Shown one piece after another: positions 60,101 through 64,000 of a DNA stretch of 64,000 bases; position 1 is the stretch's first letter; each line of letters opens with the position of its first letter. Where the stretch lies: the NCBI GenBank assembly GCA_905178155.1, contig CAJINV010000010.1, positions 729,188-793,187 of the forward strand, written 5' to 3'. The notes below the pieces were generated by a model that made no database searches, had not been told where the DNA came from, and saw only the letters and a list, made by a program, of their open reading frames with translations. The DNA comes from Amoebophrya sp. A120 (Eukaryota > Protista > Dinoflagellata). A program made the position numbers and the translations under genes.

Positions 60101-63100
60101 TGCGCGGAGATGATCCTGCGCAGCATTTTACAGGTGAAGTACAGCTGCATCTCGTTGGTGTGGTGGTACCGCTCCAGCATGGTCAACAGGTTCTGGATGA
60201 TGGTCCAGTCGCACAGCGCTTTAGTGTAATCCGTGATTTTCATCTCGGTCTGCACATTCCCGTACTTGATCACCATAAAAACCTTGGGTTCCTTGGTGTC
60301 CTTATCGGTGACCTCCTCCCTATCGTACGAAAAAACTGTCTCATTTCTTCAACGCTTGACTTTTGCTGCAGTTTATTCAGCATGACAAAAAAATGCTCTT
60401 AGCATGAGAAAAATCTGTGATGCGTCTTCATATGCAAGGGAAAACACTGTCTCGTCACGGAAGTTCTGCATTACAAGTTGAGCCTGAGGCAGTTTTTTTC
60501 TTCCGGTACTCCATCAGGAGCAAGCAGTAGTGCAACGCCTCGATGGAATAGGACAGCACCCGGGCCTCGTGCGTCATCGGCTTGTAGAGCTTGATGACCT
60601 CAATCAGCCGCTGCGCAATGTTGCGCCCGATCAAATTCTCCACCAACACGTAGCCTAGCGCCCGGTTTTCCCTATAACCCGCTCAGATGTTACAATCTCA
60701 AATCGGTTACCATAGAATATGGAAATCTGTGACGCAAGAGTGCATGATCTTCTAGCCAACTCTCATAGTATTGCGCGTGACAAGTTCTGGAGTCCCAGTC
60801 CGCACTACCATCTGGCGAAATTTATATTGCAGAAAGTGGAATGCTGTCCGAGTCTGTCATGTTCATCATGCAAGACAAATCTCAGATTCTATGGTAACCG
60901 ATTTGAGATGGTAACCGATTTGAGCAGGTCATATTCCCGGTCCCGAATTTTGCAGCAGTCGCCAATGATCCGCATCTGCTCGAGTCAGTATCACGTTATC
61001 GCAAGAAAAAACTGTTTCACTGTGAACTTGTGATGCATAGAATGGAGCACAGAACGACTTGTCTTGCTACACCTGCAAGACATTGGATTTTTAGGCGTTT
61101 TTTCCCTTTGGAAGCGCGCATGGCAAATTTTCTGTGTCATGTGTAACAAACTTGTGATGCAGATCTTGCAAAGCCATCACAGTGAAACAGTTTTTTCGTG
61201 GGATACACGTAGAAAAAACGTAAAAGCTATTTGCAATGCAAAAAAACTACACAAAAAAAATCGCACTTGCATGCCTGAAACTTCTACGAAATATGCTAAT
61301 ATGCCTCGAGCTCGACGTCCATGGGAGGTTTTAGTTTTTTTTTTGCTCTATTAATCTGCATTGCAAATAATTCTATGCCCCGCCGGGGTTTTTGTCCTGT
61401 TCGATAGACATGCGCGGAGGACCAGAATGAGCCGATCGGGGTTAATCATGTTCTGGTTTTGTATCATGTTGAAATTAATTGAATATAACCGGTGGTGGGA
61501 GGTTGAAACTATGGCTATGGGTACGAAAACGACTAGAAAGACACGCACGTACTGCGTTTTATATCTTTTTCTTGTAATATACACAAACAATTGGTTACCT
61601 CCTTCCCCTCCTTCTGCAGCTGGTCGACCAATCAGTATGCATTGCAAATATGTCTGGATGTCTGGAAGAATACGATATTTGTCATGCTTATGTGGCATGA
61701 CTCTTAAATCTGTCACGCACGTTACCCAAGAGCTGCCCCATTGTTCTGTCACGCAGAAACGCAATTTGTCATGTAGCATAGGCAACACCTAGAAGCTCTG
61801 AAACTCGTCATGCTCAGCCAGCACTTGTGGCCTCCTCCTGATACGCCACTCAGCATCACAAGTTTCGTCCAGACATCCAGGGATATTTGCGGTTCATAAA
61901 TAGCGCTGCGTGTCAATGTCCACGAGCCCCTGGATGACCTGCGGTGCTACGTCGTACTGCTTATTCTTTTTCCGCTCCGCCTTTGTGAACAGGCGGTAGT
62001 ACTCGAGAAAAAACGCCACAAAGTTCATCACGCGGGACTTGGTGTGGTAATTGAGAAACGGATTTTTTCCGGGCGTGTTGTCGTTCTCGTCCAGCCGTTC
62101 CATTTCCGGATTGATTTTCATCATCTCCTGTATCTTCGCGTTCTCGGTCTGAATCTCCTGAATCATGAACTGCATCAGCTTCGACACCGGAAAGTGGTCC
62201 TCTTCTTCCGCTTTCTGCCCTTGCTCGGTGAAGCTGTCGTGGCAATCCATGAGCTCATATGAACCGCAAATATCCCTGGATGTCTGGGAGATTGCGAGAT
62301 TTGTCATGCTAGTCTGGCATGACTCTGAACTCTGTATTGCGTGCCCGCGAACAGTTCATCCTGTCTGTCATGCAAAAAGGCGGCTTCTCATGCGGAGTAC
62401 GCAACTCTGAGCCACGGAAAAACTTGTCATGCTGGGGAGCGCATTACACTGTGCTCCCTATTCTCTCCCTTGCATCAGAAGTTTCCAGATCCAGACATAT
62501 TTGCGATGCATAGCTCATTCAGCCACTCGCGCGTCGTCGCCAGCGTCGTTGGGTTATGCGTTGCAAACATGTCTGGATCTGGAAGAATGAGAGTTTGTCA
62601 TGCTTGTCTCTCATGACTCCTAAGTCTGTGATGCATGAGCAGGATGAGAGTCCCTTGCCTGTCATGCAAGAGCACAGTTTGCCATGCAGAACTCGCAACA
62701 CGCAGCAGCTGAAGAACTTGTCATGCTTGGCTGCGTATTGCAGTGTGTCCACTATTCCCAAGCCAGCATCACAAGTTTCCAGACATCCAGACATATTTGA
62801 ATTTGATAGGGGTCGAGGGACTCGGCGAGCGTGTTCCCAGAAAACTTCAGCGCCGACCTATCAAAAGGAAAAGTCCCCCTCCACATATCAAACAGAAGTC
62901 TCTGCTGCTGGATCTCCGTACACGCATCAGATTTGTCTTGCAGTAGAGGACTGCAGGCATGCGCCAAGCCTGAGCCGAGAGGCTTTGGCGTAGCCTCCTA
63001 GCATGAACAACGTCGATGGTGTAGGCCCAATAGCATCACAAACCGCCCTCATAATGCGGCAGATTCTCTGGGTTTGCCTGCATGCAAGACAGCCAGGATT

Positions 63101-63979
63101 TGTGGCCACAAATCTGCATCACAGATTTTCAGAAAAAGGCGCTTTCAATATGGGGAGAGGGGATCTTTCCTCACAATACGACCGGTTGTGCTCTGCGAGC
63201 TCGCCGACCGCGGGCGCGATATCAAATGCAAATATGTCTGGGTCTGGAAGCCTGTGATGCTGGGTGGCGTCTCATGATGAGGCTACAAATGCTGGCTCAG
63301 CATGACAAGTTTCTGAGCTCCTAGGTGTTGCCTATTCTGCATGACAAACTGCGCTTCTGCATCACAGAAAAGCGGAGCTCTTGGGTAACGTGCATGACAG
63401 ATTTAAGAATCATGCCGGACAAGCATGACAAACATGAATTCTTCCAGACCCAGACATTTTTACATTTGATACGCGAGGTCCTGGAACAACACGTCCGTCG
63501 TGACAATGTCCTTCTTCTATCACAATGAAAAACGCCGTCACCCCCGAACTTGGGAGCATTCGTATTGCAAACCTTTCCAACAGAAACACGCGCCCGCTTG
63601 CATCTAGCAGCATCACAGATTTCCAATCGTGAATAGCGAAGATTTGTATTGCAACAGATCCCAGCAAGGGCGGCGCTTGCCATGCAAGCAATGCTATATA
63701 CGCCTAGACTCTGCATCACAAAGATAGATTCATATTCCTTTGATGCATGACAAAAAGTTTTCATTGGGAAACTTCGCATCACAAATTATTGCAACTTTTG
63801 GGGGTGGGGGCATTTTTCATGTTGATATCTTCGTGTTTTGCTTCATACCGCCAAACTGCTTTTTCAGTGGGACCCGCGCCTTGGTCGAAGCTTCCTTTTC
63901 CAGCTGCAGGGTGCGATCCTTGAGGTGCTCACGCATGGAGGTGGACACGCCAAACCCGCCGTGTCTTGGCTTGATAGAA
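51106..63979 (-). CDS. TIMELESS: Gene G: Timeless/Tof1/Swi1-like fork-protection protein (5' end beyond window), 32 introners
   Basis: PRHGGFG (cf. SRHSRFG), FFLEYYR, LVENL..IEALHYCLLLME, YFTCKMLRRI..LFFNLRFF, ITELLL, KWTEEEEKELKEKYLKYKD; ends ALEDLMPK* at 51106. Confidence 0.7.
51140..51418. mobile_element. Introner family B
   Basis: DR cgtct. Confidence 0.9.
51487..51760. mobile_element. Introner family H, degenerate
   Basis: TAT..ATA; DR fully diverged (cccct/ttacc); element+5 restores frame. Confidence 0.75.
51937..52149. mobile_element. Introner family D
   Basis: DR cggat. Confidence 0.9.
52621..52831. mobile_element. Introner family D
   Basis: DR gttga. Confidence 0.9.
53207..53508. 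mobile_element. Introner family A, diverged
   Basis: DR ggcgc. Confidence 0.88.
53638..53902. mobile_element. Introner family A
   Basis: DR gtttg. Confidence 0.9.
53974..54298. mobile_element. Introner family C variant, diverged
   Basis: CAT..ATA; DR acgtg. Confidence 0.8.
54355..54609. mobile_element. Introner family A
   Basis: DR tggtc. Confidence 0.9.
54745..55024. mobile_element. Introner family B
   Basis: DR ttcgt. Confidence 0.9.
55062..55326. mobile_element. Introner family A
   Basis: TAT..ACA; DR cgttt. Confidence 0.85.
55411..55563. mobile_element. Introner family E
   Basis: DR atccc. Confidence 0.9.
55859..56140. mobile_element. Introner family B
   Basis: DR gtttt/gcttt. Confidence 0.9.
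56384..56653. mobile_element. Introner family A
   Basis: DR cactt. Confidence 0.9.
56697..56960. mobile_element. Introner family A
   Basis: DR tcttt. Confidence 0.9.
57004..57218 (-). other. GT-AG intron derived from a decayed introner
   Basis: Donor G+TAT, CAG acceptor, residual TTGTCATGC/GCATCACAA; joining gives NSFIDILKCLNAS in frame. Confidence 0.65.
57369..57635. mobile_element. Introner family A
   Basis: DR ttcga. Confidence 0.9.
57691..58014. mobile_element. Introner family C
   Basis: DR aaacc. Confidence 0.9.
58033..58241. mobile_element. Introner family D
   Basis: DR ttttc. Confidence 0.9.
58302..58553. mobile_element. Introner family A
   Basis: DR cgatc. Confidence 0.9.
58602..58881. 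mobile_element. Introner family B
   Basis: DR ttcca. Confidence 0.9.
58923..59071. mobile_element. Introner family E
   Basis: DR ctgct. Confidence 0.9.
59310..59572. mobile_element. Introner family A
   Basis: DR tgagc. Confidence 0.9.
59658..59965. mobile_element. Introner family F
   Basis: DR tcgtg. Confidence 0.9.
60321..60508. mobile_element. Introner (minor family, D-like ends)
   Basis: TAT..GTA; DR ctccc/ctcca. Confidence 0.8.
60673..60933. mobile_element. Introner family H
   Basis: DR ttccc. Confidence 0.9.
60989..61406. mobile_element. Old introner hosting a nested element
   Basis: TAT..ATA; DR gtcag/gacat; removal gives VLRACLEQMRII. Confidence 0.75.
60997..61205. mobile_element. 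Introner family D nested in 60989-61406
   Basis: DR cacgt. Confidence 0.9.
61453..61598 (-). other. Canonical GT-AG intron (146 nt)
   Basis: GTAACC...CCAG; joining gives KEGKE-NMINPDRL. Confidence 0.75.
61636..61898. mobile_element. Introner family A
   Basis: DR atcag/aatag. Confidence 0.88.
62258..62512. mobile_element. Introner family A
   Basis: DR gctca. Confidence 0.9.
62555..62808. mobile_element. Introner family A
   Basis: DR tgggt/ggggt. Confidence 0.9.
62859..63178. mobile_element. Introner family C
   Basis: DR cgacc. Confidence 0.9.
63220..63471. mobile_element. Introner family A
   Basis: DR cgcga. Confidence 0.9.
63518..63827. mobile_element. Introner family G
   Basis: DR tcttc. 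Confidence 0.9.
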
Positions 63980-64000
63980 CCTGTCGTACATCATCGTGGT

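Noticed and set aside
388-63827. Hundreds of short ORFs sharing peptides such as CKNVWVWK, FQTQTFLHLI, MSGSGR, LPDPDIFAFD
   Set aside because: They are translations of the family A TIR and element interiors in all six frames, not a protein family
388-63827. CRISPR-like or integron-cassette-like repeat/spacer array
   Set aside because: Repeats are paired inverted ends with target duplications, the 'spacers' are in-frame exons of eukaryotic genes, and there is no cas or integrase gene
1-64000. Autonomous transposase, reverse transcriptase, tRNA or rRNA genes
   Set aside because: None recognisable by eye; all elements are too short or non-coding

Overview
Eukaryotic (alveolate, most likely Amoebophrya-type syndinian dinoflagellate) genomic DNA. 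All seven inferred genes lie on the minus strand: an unknown protein, an alveolate-type membrane protein, a very large asparagine-synthetase-like fusion protein, DcpS, two unknown putatively secreted/anchored proteins and a Timeless/Tof1-like protein running off the window end. About half of the window consists of ~127 short (mostly 145-330 bp) non-coding MITE-like elements in nine or more families. They have TAT...ATA termini, terminal inverted repeats (TIRs) and 5-bp flanking direct repeats (DRs), and nearly all interrupt coding exons. Removing an element plus 5 nt restored the reading frame at every junction I translated by hand except one unresolved case (9293-9561). They therefore behave as non-canonical, orientation-independent introns (introner elements, described in Amoebophrya; splicing mechanism and transposase unresolved to my knowledge). 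Notable details: a shared TAT-N7-AAAA end grammar, a family-independent internal TGTNATGC-N7-GCATNACA motif array, a nested introner, cargo-carrying copies, a decayed introner that now reads as a GT-AG intron, and an introner-free GC-rich island. Most ORFs in the supplied track are artefacts of the repeats. Coordinates and counts were made by eye.
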